Origin: Candidatus Poribacteria bacterium
Lineage (GTDB): Bacteria > Poribacteria > WGA-4E > WGA-3G
DNA: 64,000 nucleotides
Assembly (NCBI GenBank): GCA_963665235.2
Contig: CAXXLX010000001.1
Location: 4,096,001 to 4,160,000, forward strand
Direction of reading: 5' to 3'
Shown: positions 37,719 to 47,917 of the stretch, one piece after another
Layout of the letters: each line of letters starts with the position of its first letter
Numbering within the stretch: position 1 is the stretch's first letter
Program-made: the position numbers and the translations under genes
Notes under the pieces: model-generated
Told to the model about the DNA's origin: nothing
What the model saw: the letters and a program-made list of their open reading frames with translations, nothing else
Database searches by the model: none

Positions 37719-37747
37719 ATTATACACTTACTTGTGACGTTTGTCAA
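37719..37747 (-). promoter_or_regulatory. Sigma70 consensus promoter for the Rpn gene
   Basis: TTGACA-N17-TATAAT. Confidence 0.7.
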
Positions 37748-37798
37748 TCGTTATTAGCGATTGAAACGGTTGGGGCCGGACTAAAATAGGGTATACGC

Positions 37799-38440
37799 CT
37801 ACCGGGGAAAGAATTTCTTGTGGATTTGCAGGAGACGTTGTAGTTCTTCAATTGGCTCCTCCGCGTCGTCGACGCGCAGGTCTATGTAGCGGTCATTGAA
37901 ACCGCTATACCCGCCGTTTTTCCGGACGACGAGCAGTGCAGCAGACTGCTGTCCGCGTGTATCTCCGCCCTTTTCCTGTCCTGCGAAAAGGGCTGCCACT
38001 AACTTATCAGCTAACTCGCCCTCCGTTGTCTCAAATGCTTTTCCCATTGCTTTAACAACAGCTTCTCCAGCGAGGATGTTGCCTTGTGCTGTGTAATTTT
38101 TCCCTGAGACCGCCCCTGCCCACTCGTGGCAGTCCTCGCCTGTATAGTTGGCAGCGTTGCCACTTGCATCTATAATGCCGACCTGTCGTGTTTTCCTTCC
38201 GTTATCATCTCTGATGAGGTGGTCCAAGGTTTGTTGTACGGAAAGCCCGACTTTAAGCAGTTCTAATCCTCTGGGCCCGTATGTTGTATTTGCCCAGGAT
38301 TGGGTTGCAATTGCGCCAACCCCCGCTTCTGCCCAAGGCACGACAGCCCCAACAGCAAAAAACTTTGATTGCACGGCAATCCCTAAATCGCCGTTGTTTG
38401 GGTCGTATCCAACAATTGAAAATGTGTTGACTGGTAACAT
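37799..38440 (-). CDS. DUF1028 family Ntn-hydrolase-like protein
   Basis: TFSIVG, GAIATQS, AQGNILAG, GGDTRGQQSAAL, DLRVDD. Confidence 0.9.
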   Translation of the reverse strand: MLPVNTFSIVGYDPNNGDLGIAVQSKFFAVGAVVPWAEAGVGAIATQSWANTTYGPRGLELLKVGLSVQQTLDHLIRDDNGRKTRQVGIIDASGNAANYTGEDCHEWAGAVSGKNYTAQGNILAGEAVVKAMGKAFETTEGELADKLVAALFAGQEKGGDTRGQQSAALLVVRKNGGYSGFNDRYIDLRVDDAEEPIEELQRLLQIHKKFFPR

Positions 38441-38458
38441 ATACGTTTACCCTCTCTG

Positions 38459-39766
38459 TTAAATTGGCAGTTTATCTTCAAATCGGATTTTCATGGCTGC
38501 GGCATGGCCCTCTAATCCCTCCACCTCGGCGAGCTTAACAGCAGCAGGCGTGACCTTCTCCAAAGCGGTTTTGGTGTAGGAGATGAGGCTTGTCTTTTTC
38601 AGGAAATCGTCAACGCTGAGCGGTGAAGCGTAACGTGCTGCTGTGCCTGTCGGGAGGATATGGTTCGGTCCAGCGATATAATCCCCGACAGGTTCGGGGG
38701 AATAAGGTCCGATGAGGATAGCCCCCGCATTTCGGATGTCTCCGATGTAGTCAAACGGGTTTTCGATGTGCAATTCAACGTGTTCCGGTGCGATTTCGTT
38801 TGTCAAGGCAATCGCTTCTGTCAAATCGTTGACAACAAGAGCAGCCCCATAGTTTTCAAAAGCCTGTACAATTTCAGCACTGCGCGGCAGCTGTTCCGCT
38901 TGAACCTCAATAGCAGCTTTAACCTGTTCCGCCAAACCGCGTGAGGGTGTTACAAGAATTGCGGAGCAATCAGGACTATGCTCGGCTTGTGAAATCAGAT
39001 CGGCGGCGACATAATCTGGGTCTGCTGTAACATCAGCGATAACCAGAATTTCGCTTGGCCCTGCCAACTTATCAATGTCCACATGACCGTAGACCTCTTT
39101 CTTGGCAAGTTGGACATATAGGTTGCCAGGACCGATAATTTTATCAACAGGGTTAACGGTTTCCGTACCGTAAGCCAGCGCAGCGACGGCTTGTGCCCCG
39201 CCAAATTTGCAAATTTCATTCACGCCGCATTCGGCAGCTGCGACTAACATGTACGGGTTAATCTGCCGATTTCGCATTGGGCCCATACAAACGACGAGCT
39301 CTTCCACACCGGCGACTTTGGCTGGTATCACATTCATCAACAACGATGAGACGAGGAGCTGACTAACAGAGGGTACACAGACCCCGACACGTTTTAAGGG
39401 ACGTATAAGGTGTCCCAGCAGCACGCCATCAGGCTCGGTTGTCATCCAAGAGGTCCGCAGCTGCTGTTGGTGAAACCGTTCTATGTTCGTGTAGGCGTGT
39501 TTAATAGCCTCAACAAACTCAGATTCCACTTCTTGGTAAGCACTTTCAAAATCGTCAGGTGTGGTTTTCAGCTCTTTGGCAGTTATGCGCGGTGCATCGA
39601 GTTTACGCGTATATCGGACAACAGCTTTATCGCCCTCGGTTCGCACATCGTGCAGGGTACGTTTGACCGTTTTTAAGATGTTTTCATCTGTCAACCCCCC
39701 TCGCGTCTTAAGTTTTGCAAGGAAAGCGTCCGCCTCAGAGGTATGCAGGTCAATAATTTGCAACAT
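38459..39766 (-). CDS. hisD: Histidinol dehydrogenase
   Basis: GGAQAVAALAYGT, GPGNLYV, AGPSE, SQAEH, APEH, GDYIAGPNHILPT. Confidence 0.96.
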   Translation of the reverse strand: MLQIIDLHTSEADAFLAKLKTRGGLTDENILKTVKRTLHDVRTEGDKAVVRYTRKLDAPRITAKELKTTPDDFESAYQEVESEFVEAIKHAYTNIERFHQQQLRTSWMTTEPDGVLLGHLIRPLKRVGVCVPSVSQLLVSSLLMNVIPAKVAGVEELVVCMGPMRNRQINPYMLVAAAECGVNEICKFGGAQAVAALAYGTETVNPVDKIIGPGNLYVQLAKKEVYGHVDIDKLAGPSEILVIADVTADPDYVAADLISQAEHSPDCSAILVTPSRGLAEQVKAAIEVQAEQLPRSAEIVQAFENYGAALVVNDLTEAIALTNEIAPEHVELHIENPFDYIGDIRNAGAILIGPYSPEPVGDYIAGPNHILPTGTAARYASPLSVDDFLKKTSLISYTKTALEKVTPAAVKLAEVEGLEGHAAAMKIRFEDKLPI

Positions 39767-39804
39767 CGTTGGAAAACAGCTCCTTTGTGTATGGGGGGTT
39801 GTGC

Positions 39805-41091
39805 TTATGCGGAGACAGGTTCGTCGTTTTCGTTAACTCTAATAATATCTGCGCCGAGGTTGTTCAGTTTTTTCTCCAGTGATTCGTAGCCTCGGTCAAT
39901 ATGATAGACCCGTGAGACGACGGTTTCGCCTGCGGCTGCCATGCCCGCTGCGACGAGTACGGCACCGGCGCGTAAATCGGAAGCCATGACAGGGGCCCCG
40001 CTTAATCCTGAAACGCCATTAATAATAGCCCGTCGACCGTCCAGTCTGATATCCGCGCCCATTCGGTTGAGTTCCGCGGCGTGAATAAACCGGTCGGTGT
40101 GGACATTTTCGGTGATAATGCTTGTTCCGGTGGCAAAGCAGAGCAATCCCATCATTTGTGCCTGCATATCTGTCGGGAACCCTGGAAACGGCACAGTTGT
40201 GACATCGACCGGTTTAAGTTCGTCCGGCACTGTGACGTGGACCCCTTTGTCATCCCAATCCAATTCCACGCCAGCCTCCAGGAGCTTCTCAGAAACGGCG
40301 GGGAGTTGCTGCGGCGTGATACCCTCAACGTAAACATCACCTTTCGTGATAGCACCCGCTACCATGAAGGTGCCCGCCTCAATATCATCGGAAATGACGA
40401 CGTGTTCGGTTCCACGTAATTGTTTGACCCCGTGAATCGTCAAAATAGATGTGCCGATTCCCTCTATATCCGCGCCCATGGCGTTGAGAAAGCGCGCGAG
40501 GTCAATGATATGCGGTTCACGGGCAGCACCACGGATAACGGTTGTGCCTTCCGCCAAAGTCGCCGCCATCATGACGTTCGCTGTTGCACCAACGCTCGGA
40601 CCGTGGTTCCCTATTAAATCCATTTCCGCACCAATCAAACGTTCTGCTTGCGCGAAGATATAACCCTTTTGAACCTTTACCTGCGCCCCTAAACGTTCTA
40701 ACCCTCGGATGTGCAAGTCAACAGGACGCGGGCCGATAGCACACCCGCCCGGGAAGGAGACCTTCGCTCGTCCTAACTTTGCAACAAGCGGGCCCAAAAC
40801 ATAAATAGATGCTCGCATCTTTCGTACTAATTCATAAGGGGCTTCATACTCCATGTGGTTTATTGGTTCAATATAAAGCGTGGAATTTTTTATTTTTGTC
40901 GACGCACCAAGTCCCTCTAATACGGCGCGTAATGTCGTGACATCTGTTAAGTTCGGAACGTTGTGGAGTGCACTTGCACTATCACTAAGGATTGCTGCAG
41001 CAACTGCAATAGGAAGTACCGCATTTTTTGACCCACTTACCGGCACCGTGCCTTCAAGTCTCGTCCCCCCGTTAACAATTAATTTCTCCAT
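39805..41091 (-). CDS. murA: UDP-N-acetylglucosamine 1-carboxyvinyltransferase
   Basis: GSKNAVLP, MRAS, PGGCAIGPRPVDLH, SVGAT, FPTDMQAQ, SDLRAG, HIDRGYE. Confidence 0.97.
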   Translation of the reverse strand: MEKLIVNGGTRLEGTVPVSGSKNAVLPIAVAAAILSDSASALHNVPNLTDVTTLRAVLEGLGASTKIKNSTLYIEPINHMEYEAPYELVRKMRASIYVLGPLVAKLGRAKVSFPGGCAIGPRPVDLHIRGLERLGAQVKVQKGYIFAQAERLIGAEMDLIGNHGPSVGATANVMMAATLAEGTTVIRGAAREPHIIDLARFLNAMGADIEGIGTSILTIHGVKQLRGTEHVVISDDIEAGTFMVAGAITKGDVYVEGITPQQLPAVSEKLLEAGVELDWDDKGVHVTVPDELKPVDVTTVPFPGFPTDMQAQMMGLLCFATGTSIITENVHTDRFIHAAELNRMGADIRLDGRRAIINGVSGLSGAPVMASDLRAGAVLVAAGMAAAGETVVSRVYHIDRGYESLEKKLNNLGADIIRVNENDEPVSA

Positions 41092-41135
41092 TTCTATGCT
41101 CCTTTATTAAGAAATTTAAGGTTTTACGTCTCTCT

Positions 41136-41151
41136 TGCATAAACGATGCCA
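41136..41151 (-). promoter_or_regulatory. Putative sigma54 (-24/-12) promoter upstream of murA
   Basis: TGGCATCGTTTATGCA: GG-N10-GC spacing, about 45 bp before the start codon. Confidence 0.5.
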
Positions 41152-41367
41152 ACAGGTTACGTGTTACAAAAATAGTTGTACAGCGGATGTCTGCCTCAGG
41201 TCAATTGTGTAAAAAAAGACACATGTAGGTTGTAAAGTTCTTTTAGGTTGTAAAGTTCTTTTGTAGGTAACAAGCTCCCTCTTATGTAGGAGCGAGCTGT
41301 GCTCGCGACTATATTCCGAATTTGCGTCCGTCCTATGTACGATATTCCTATTTTGTGAAATTGTTTC

Positions 41368-41465
41368 TTGCATTCCTAACGAAAATGTGGTATAATTTAA
41401 AAATGCAAATGCCCCTTTGCGAAACCCACAATTTTTCTTGCACGCTCAACAGATTGTGCTACAAT
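41368..41465 (+). promoter_or_regulatory. Tandem sigma70-type promoters for the MNT-HEPN cluster
   Basis: TTGCAT-N17-TATAAT (41368-41396) and TTGCAC-N16-TACAAT (41438-41465), both with TG extension. Confidence 0.55.
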
Positions 41466-41512
41466 TAACACCACGTAAGAACAGTGAGCGACTGGACAAA
41501 AGGAGAGACAGC

Positions 41513-42262
41513 ATGGTTAGCCGTCAAGACATTCAAGCAACATGTGATGACATCGTGCGCGAATTCGCACCGTTGCAGGTTATCCTATTCGGCTCCTATG
41601 CCTATGGCACCCCTACCGAACACTCCGATGTCGACCTGTTAGTTGTCATGCAGGTGCCGAAGGCGGAAACAAGAAACCAAGCCTCGGAAATAGAACAACG
41701 GATACCGCACCGGTTCAAAATTGACCTGCTCGTCCGTTCACCGGAAGAACTCGCCTATCGTATCTCATACAACGATTGGTTTCTACGAGAAATTACGGAG
41801 AGAGGTGAAGTCCTTTATGAAGCGGATGGATTTTATCCGAAACCCTATAAGAAAGAGAATACGCACATGAACCCACTAACACTGGAATGGATACAAAAAG
41901 CTGAGGCTGATTATGCTACAGCCCGATTAATTCAACGAGAAGGAGAACCCTCAATGCATGATGCTATATGCTTTCATGCACAGCAGTGTGTTGAAAAATA
42001 CCTAAAGGCGTGGCTTCAAGAGGAAAACACTTCTTTTTCCAGAACGCACAACTTGGCGGAACTCCTGAAGCTTATATTGCCATCAATACCTTTATGGGCA
42101 TCGTGGACAGCTGACCTCTCAACATTATCAAAACATGCAGTCGATACCCGGTATCCAGGCACTTCAGCAACTGATAGCGATGTAGAAGACGCAATGAAAA
42201 CCTGCGAAAAGGTCCGACAAGCTGTCCGAAAACAACTAAAACTTGCAGATAACAAACCCTGA
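41513..42262 (+). CDS. Minimal nucleotidyltransferase (MNT)-HEPN fusion protein
   Basis: ATG 41513 after AGGAG; LFGSYAYG...SDVDLLV; HEPN FHAQQCVEKYLKA, RTHNL, TRYP. Confidence 0.9.
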   Translation: MVSRQDIQATCDDIVREFAPLQVILFGSYAYGTPTEHSDVDLLVVMQVPKAETRNQASEIEQRIPHRFKIDLLVRSPEELAYRISYNDWFLREITERGEVLYEADGFYPKPYKKENTHMNPLTLEWIQKAEADYATARLIQREGEPSMHDAICFHAQQCVEKYLKAWLQEENTSFSRTHNLAELLKLILPSIPLWASWTADLSTLSKHAVDTRYPGTSATDSDVEDAMKTCEKVRQAVRKQLKLADNKP

Positions 42263-42283
42263 CGCTGCTGAAGGAGAGACAGC

Positions 42284-42640
42284 ATGGTTAGCCGTCAAGA
42301 CATTCAAGCCACATGTGATGATATTGTGCGCGAGTTCGCACCGCTACAGGTTATCCTATTCGGCTCCTACGCCTATGGCACCCCTACGGAACATTCCGAT
42401 GTCGACCTGTTAGTTGTCATGCAGGTGCCGAAAGCGGAAACAAGAAATCAAGCCTCGGAAATACAAGAACGGATACCGCACCGGTTCAAAATTGACCTGC
42501 TCGTCCGTTCACCAGAAGAACTCGCCTATCGTATCTCATACAACGATTGGTTTCTACGAGAAATTACGGAGAGAGGTGAAGTCCTTTACGAAGCGGATGG
42601 ATTTTATCCGAAACCCATAAAAAAGAGAATACGCACATGA
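42284..42640 (+). CDS. Minimal nucleotidyltransferase (MNT, antitoxin-type)
   Basis: Near-identical to 41513-41866; GS...DVD motif; stop overlaps the next ATG (ATGA). Confidence 0.92.
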   Translation: MVSRQDIQATCDDIVREFAPLQVILFGSYAYGTPTEHSDVDLLVVMQVPKAETRNQASEIQERIPHRFKIDLLVRSPEELAYRISYNDWFLREITERGEVLYEADGFYPKPIKKRIRT

Positions 42641-43023
42641 ACCCACTAACACTGGAATGGATACAAAAAGCTGAAGGCGATTACGATTCAGCACAGCAAC
42701 TGCTACACGGGCAAAATCCGGTGCCTCATGTTATCTGCTTCCTTGCACAGCAGTGTGTTGAAAAATATCTAAAGGCGTGGCTTCAAGAGGCAAAAATCCT
42801 CTTTTTGAGAACGCACAACCTACAGCAACTCCTAAGTCTGATACTGCCATCAATACCTTCATGGGCATCGTGGACAGCTGACCTCTCAACATTATCAAAA
42901 CATGCAGTCGATACCCGGTATCCAGGAGCTGCGGCAACTGTCAGCGATATGGAACATGCAATGAAAACCTGTGAAAAGGTCCGACAAGCGGTTCGAAAAC
43001 AACTAAAACTCCCCGCTAAATAG
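42637..43023 (+). CDS. HEPN domain protein
   Basis: W..KAE.D, AQQCVEKYLKA, RTHNL, TRYP. Confidence 0.92.
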   Translation: MNPLTLEWIQKAEGDYDSAQQLLHGQNPVPHVICFLAQQCVEKYLKAWLQEAKILFLRTHNLQQLLSLILPSIPSWASWTADLSTLSKHAVDTRYPGAAATVSDMEHAMKTCEKVRQAVRKQLKLPAK

Positions 43024-43035
43024 GAGGAAACGATT

Positions 43036-44919
43036 ATGAAATCTCAAGACATCGTCGAAAAACAGTACTATGAAGCTGTCGATGCACTTGTTGAAAAGGT
43101 AAAGAAAGACCCGTATATCCTCGCTGCTATCGTTGCGGGGAGCTTTTCTTATGCACAAGTGTGGGAACGCTCGGATTTGGACGTTGAACTTATCGGTAGA
43201 GATGACATTCGCCCGACAAAATCGTTTTTCTCACTTGTGGAAAATGGCGTGAATATACATGCCTGTTTGTCCCCACGTAATTCCTTTAAGAAGGAAATAG
43301 AGAGCGCGCAACAGGGCTCCTTCATGCATTCATATTTCTCTCATAGCACGCTTCTATTTTCACGCGACGCATCTATCGAAGAGTGGTACGATAAAAACGC
43401 AAGTCGCGACAGCATCGGCGAACGAGATAAGCAGCTGCAACTGCTGAATGTCATTGCCGAGACCTTGCCCAACCTTATCTACGCAGAAAAGCAGTTCTAC
43501 GTTAACGGCGATGTGATAACCTGTTTCTTGTCACTCCTGAATGTTGTGCAAGGATTAGCACAGATAGAGCTGCTGCTGAACAATCAAATTCCAGCACGCG
43601 AAGTTATCCAACCGGCACTTAAGTTCAACCCCGAATTCTTTGAGCATGTCTATACCGACCTGATTAATTGTGAGAAAAACGAGTCGGTCATCCAAGACAC
43701 GCTTGATGCTGTTAATTCATACATCGACGAGCGTCAATTTATCTTCCAACCGATTATAGATTATCTCGCTGAGCAAAAAGGGGCACGGACAAACTCTGAG
43801 CTGAACATTCATTTTCGGACAAAATTTCGCGATGCCTCCGTAGATGTGATATGTCAATGGTTAACTTGGAAAGGGATTATCGAGCAGGTATCCACGCCAA
43901 TGAAAATCAGTGTCAAAAGTCAAATTGCGGTAGAAGAACCGGCGTACTATTACGATGATAGTACAGAACAAAAAGTGCTAACACCGCGTCTGAAAGCGGA
44001 CATCTCACCACAGATTCACGACGCGCTGGACAGCTTTATCGGGACAATTGAACAGGACCGCTACATCCTCGCCGCAGTTCTCACTAGCAACCTCGCGGAA
44101 GACAACGTGTGGGAGAAAACAATCGTTCAGATTACGCTTATTATGAGAGATGGCACAAAGTTGTCACAAAAAGCGTGTCAATTAATCGAAGCGGGGGTAC
44201 CGATTCGAGTGAGACTCTACACCCGTGGCGAGTATAGAAAGATGATAGAAAAGGCACTACAGGGGAGCCGCATCCATAGCATCCTTGCCGACAGTGAAAT
44301 CCTCTATTCCAAAGACCCAACGCTTGCCGAGCTACATAAAGACCTCAATGCCATCGGAGAACGCGATAAACAATCGCAACTCTTTAGTGCTGCAGGCGGT
44401 TTAACAGCAATACTCGACAAAACAGAAAAGTGGTTTCACGTCAAACAGGATTATGACTATACGTTTTACTATTTAATGTTTGCGGTCCGAGAATTAGCAC
44501 GGATTGAAACCCTCATGCAGGGGGAAGTCCCGAAACGGAAGGTCATCTATCAAGGTATTAAGCATAATCCGAAGCTGTTTAATGCCCTTTTCACCGATAT
44601 TATTGATGTACCGAAAGATGAGATGCTCCTCCGAAACGTTTTAAAGCAGATTGACGTATACCTACTAGACAACGTCCAGACACTTTTCAAACCGTTACTC
44701 GATTTTTTAGAGCACACGGGGGGCGAATCCGCACTGTCCGATATATATGACCACTTCGGAAATCGAGACTTGTGGTCCGCAATCGTCATGGCGTGTGAGT
44801 GGCTTTCCCATAAGGGTATCCTTGAGCAGTTTTCTGCCCCACTCCGTTTAACCATGGACAGTAAGGTCTCGGTTGAAGAGCCTGCCTACTATTACGACGC
44901 TGACAATCCGTTTCTGTAG
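43036..44919 (+). CDS. Protein with two tandem nucleotidyltransferase-like modules (first with intact motif, second degenerate)
   Basis: AGSFSYAQVWERSDLD versus TSNLAEDNVWEKTIVQ; both halves have IGERDKQ, CxWL..KGI.EQ.S.P and VEEPAYYYD. Confidence 0.8.
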   Translation: MKSQDIVEKQYYEAVDALVEKVKKDPYILAAIVAGSFSYAQVWERSDLDVELIGRDDIRPTKSFFSLVENGVNIHACLSPRNSFKKEIESAQQGSFMHSYFSHSTLLFSRDASIEEWYDKNASRDSIGERDKQLQLLNVIAETLPNLIYAEKQFYVNGDVITCFLSLLNVVQGLAQIELLLNNQIPAREVIQPALKFNPEFFEHVYTDLINCEKNESVIQDTLDAVNSYIDERQFIFQPIIDYLAEQKGARTNSELNIHFRTKFRDASVDVICQWLTWKGIIEQVSTPMKISVKSQIAVEEPAYYYDDSTEQKVLTPRLKADISPQIHDALDSFIGTIEQDRYILAAVLTSNLAEDNVWEKTIVQITLIMRDGTKLSQKACQLIEAGVPIRVRLYTRGEYRKMIEKALQGSRIHSILADSEILYSKDPTLAELHKDLNAIGERDKQSQLFSAAGGLTAILDKTEKWFHVKQDYDYTFYYLMFAVRELARIETLMQGEVPKRKVIYQGIKHNPKLFNALFTDIIDVPKDEMLLRNVLKQIDVYLLDNVQTLFKPLLDFLEHTGGESALSDIYDHFGNRDLWSAIVMACEWLSHKGILEQFSAPLRLTMDSKVSVEEPAYYYDADNPFL

Positions 44920-44985
44920 TTTGGCAATTGCCATAAGCCATAAGCCAGCGAAGCCAATTAATCAATAGCTAGAAAGGAGAATTTT

Positions 44986-47856
44986 ATGAGACAATCTATC
45001 GCTGTCAAAGGGGCACGAGAAAATAATCTACAAAACATAGAACTTGAAATTCCACGCGACCAGCTCGTCGTCGTTACAGGCATCAGCGGGTCCGGCAAAT
45101 CTTCATTGGCATTTGACACCGTCTATGCTGAAGGACAACGCCGATTCCTTGAATCCATGTCCACGTATGCCAAACGGTTCATCACACAGTTGAAAAAACC
45201 GGATGTGGATTTTATTGATGGGTTATCGCCGGTGGTTTCCATTGAACAGAAAACGGTGACGATGAATCCACGTTCCACTGTCGGCACGATGACCGATTTG
45301 CAAGACTATCTACGCATGCTCTTTGCAACTATCGGCGTTTCGCACTGCCCTTACTGTGAAAAGGAAATCCCAATACGGTCTCACCATCAGATTTTGGAAC
45401 GGCTGCTCTCGTTTCCAGAGGATACCGAAGTAGAAATTCATGCACCTGTCTTCAAAATCTACGGCGAAGATTACGAATACCTCTTTGACGATGTCCGAAC
45501 CAAAGGATGCCGACACGTCCGAATTGATGGCGTTGAACACGACATAAGCGAAGAAATTGAATTGGATGAGGATAAGGTATACGACATTCAGGTCATCGTT
45601 GATAAATTCTTTGTCGCCAAGGATATTGACAAACAGGTTTTAGCCTCACTTGAACACGCAATGCTGGTCGGAGAAGGCTTCATGCGGTTTGACGCAGTTG
45701 TTCCTGACGATGAAGACACCGACCCGAACGAATTCCTCGCTGATTTCGGATGCCATGAACACGGGGTGTTGATGTGCGACTTAGGGCCACACCACTTTAC
45801 CTTTAATGAACCGACTGGGGCTTGTGTAACCTGCTCCGGGCTCGGCACCTATCTCCAGGTCCATCCAAATCTACTCGTCCCCGACAAAACACGGAGCATT
45901 GCAGAAGGAGCCTTCGTCCACCAAGCCTTTAACTACGACCCCGATAGATGGGATGGACGCATGATGTACAGCCTTGCCCAACATTATAAATTCGACCTGG
46001 ATATGCCTTTTTGTGACCTTTCTGACGAAGTTGTGGATATTGTGTTCTACGGCACACGCGGCGAGGAATTTCCGCTCTGCCAAGCGGAAGGCGCAAAACC
46101 GATGCAGGAACGACATATCGGCATGCCGGTCCGATTTGATGGTATCATCACACGCATTGATAGGCGGTACCGAAACTACCGAAAACAGGGGGAAGCACAC
46201 TCTGGGATGGAGGAATATCTCCGAAAAGTGATGGTAGAACATACATGTCCCGATTGCCACGGTGCCAAACTTAAAAGGCAACGCCTTCTCGTTACCGTTG
46301 ACGATAAGACTATCCACGAAGTAGGCGAATTGCACTTTGAGCAGTTACGGGATTTCTTATCCGCAATTCAGCACATTCCCGAAAAACAGCGCGAAGCCGG
46401 CGAACGGGTTATCAAAGAACTCGTCGGTCGAATTACCCTACTACTCGGCATCGGACTGGATTACCTGAACCTTAATCGACGCTCCGCAACGCTTTCCGGT
46501 GGGGAATCCCAGCGGATTCGGCTCTCCACCCAAATCGGCTCGGGGTTAATGGGAATGCTCTACGTCCTTGACGAACCAAGCATCGGTTTGCACCCGAAAG
46601 ACAACGTCAAGATGATTGAAACCCTACACAAACTGCGCGACATCGGGAACACTGTCATTGTTGTCGAACACGACGAAAGCACTATTCGCGCAGCAGACCA
46701 TATCATTGAGATGGGGCCAGGCCCAGGTGTCCACGGCGGGCATGTTGTCATCCAGGGGACGTTCGAAAAGATTATTAAAAGCGATGATTCCTTAACGGGG
46801 CTCTATATGAGCGGAAAACGGGAGATTCCCATGCCTGAAGCGCGGCGGACCTCCAACGGCAACCTCCTGAAAATTACAGGGGCAAGAGAGAACAATCTGA
46901 AGGATATCAATGTCGAACTTCCGTTAGGTATGTTTATCTGCATTACCGGCGCGTCCGGCTCCGGCAAAAGCACGCTTGTCAACGAGATTATCTACAAACG
47001 GCTCTATTCTCTCTATCATGACAGCCGTACGCTTTACGGGGACCACGATTCCCTTGAAGGACACGAAAATATCAGCGATGTGATTAACATAGACCAATCC
47101 CCGATTGGACGTTCCCCGCGTTCTAACCCCGCCACGTATATCGGTTTTTACGATAACATTCGTAAACTCTTTGCAAGCACTCGCCTAGCAGTCGCCCGAG
47201 AGTATACCGCCTCGCGATTCAGTTTTAACGTCAAAGGCGGACGCTGCGAAGAGTGTCACGGTGAAGGCACAATTACGACACAACTCCATTTCATGCCGGA
47301 CGTTGAGGTGGTCTGTCCAACCTGTAAAAGTGCACGTTACAATCAGGACACGCTGGATGTAACCTACAACGACAAGAATATCTCCGAAATTTTGGATATG
47401 TCTATTGAGGAAGGGGTTGAATTTTTTGCCGACCAGCGGTTAATTCATCACAAATTGAACGTTCTCAACCAGCTCGGTCTGGGATACCTCCAAATAGGGC
47501 ATCCCGCTCCTATTCTTTCGGGCGGCGAAGCGCAGCGGATTAAACTCGCAAGCGAACTCGGCAAAATTAAACGGGGCAAACACAACCTCTATATCCTTGA
47601 TGAACCGACGACCGGATTGCATCTTGCGGATATCCAGAAACTCTTAGATAGCCTCAGCCGCCTCGTAGATAGTGGACACACGGTTATCGTGATTGAACAC
47701 CATCTGGACGTAATTAAGACTGCCGATTATGTGATTGACCTCGGACCAGAGGGGGGGCATAAAGGCGGTGAGGTATTGGCACGAGGTGCCCCCGAGGAAA
47801 TAGCGAAGGTGCGGAAATCATTCACAGGACAATTTTTAAAGGAGCATCTTGTTTAG
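44986..47856 (+). CDS. uvrA: UvrA family excinuclease ABC subunit A, probably a divergent paralog
   Basis: GARENNL x2, two Walker A GSGKS motifs, LSGGESQR and [11 protein letters not shown] motifs, zinc fingers. Confidence 0.9.
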   Translation: MRQSIAVKGARENNLQNIELEIPRDQLVVVTGISGSGKSSLAFDTVYAEGQRRFLESMSTYAKRFITQLKKPDVDFIDGLSPVVSIEQKTVTMNPRSTVGTMTDLQDYLRMLFATIGVSHCPYCEKEIPIRSHHQILERLLSFPEDTEVEIHAPVFKIYGEDYEYLFDDVRTKGCRHVRIDGVEHDISEEIELDEDKVYDIQVIVDKFFVAKDIDKQVLASLEHAMLVGEGFMRFDAVVPDDEDTDPNEFLADFGCHEHGVLMCDLGPHHFTFNEPTGACVTCSGLGTYLQVHPNLLVPDKTRSIAEGAFVHQAFNYDPDRWDGRMMYSLAQHYKFDLDMPFCDLSDEVVDIVFYGTRGEEFPLCQAEGAKPMQERHIGMPVRFDGIITRIDRRYRNYRKQGEAHSGMEEYLRKVMVEHTCPDCHGAKLKRQRLLVTVDDKTIHEVGELHFEQLRDFLSAIQHIPEKQREAGERVIKELVGRITLLLGIGLDYLNLNRRSATLSGGESQRIRLSTQIGSGLMGMLYVLDEPSIGLHPKDNVKMIETLHKLRDIGNTVIVVEHDESTIRAADHIIEMGPGPGVHGGHVVIQGTFEKIIKSDDSLTGLYMSGKREIPMPEARRTSNGNLLKITGARENNLKDINVELPLGMFICITGASGSGKSTLVNEIIYKRLYSLYHDSRTLYGDHDSLEGHENISDVINIDQSPIGRSPRSNPATYIGFYDNIRKLFASTRLAVAREYTASRFSFNVKGGRCEECHGEGTITTQLHFMPDVEVVCPTCKSARYNQDTLDVTYNDKNISEILDMSIEEGVEFFADQRLIHHKLNVLNQLGLGYLQIGHPAPILSGGEAQRIKLASELGKIKRGKHNLYILDEPTTGLHLADIQKLLDSLSRLVDSGHTVIVIEHHLDVIKTADYVIDLGPEGGHKGGEVLARGAPEEIAKVRKSFTGQFLKEHLV

Positions 47857-47917
47857 ACCAATACCTACAACGGGTGATAAATCACCGGACTACGAACGCC
47901 CAGTTTATGGCTCTTTG

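Noticed and set aside
41417-41512. N-terminal extension of the MNT-HEPN ORF (likewise extensions to 8029, 10071, 15352, 16439 and 49800)
   Set aside because: Better starts with an RBS, and signal peptide or paralog match, lie downstream
43036-44919. CBASS CD-NTase or CRISPR-associated polymerase
   Set aside because: No adjacent Cap effectors or cas genes; architecture fits a KNTase-like duplicated unit better
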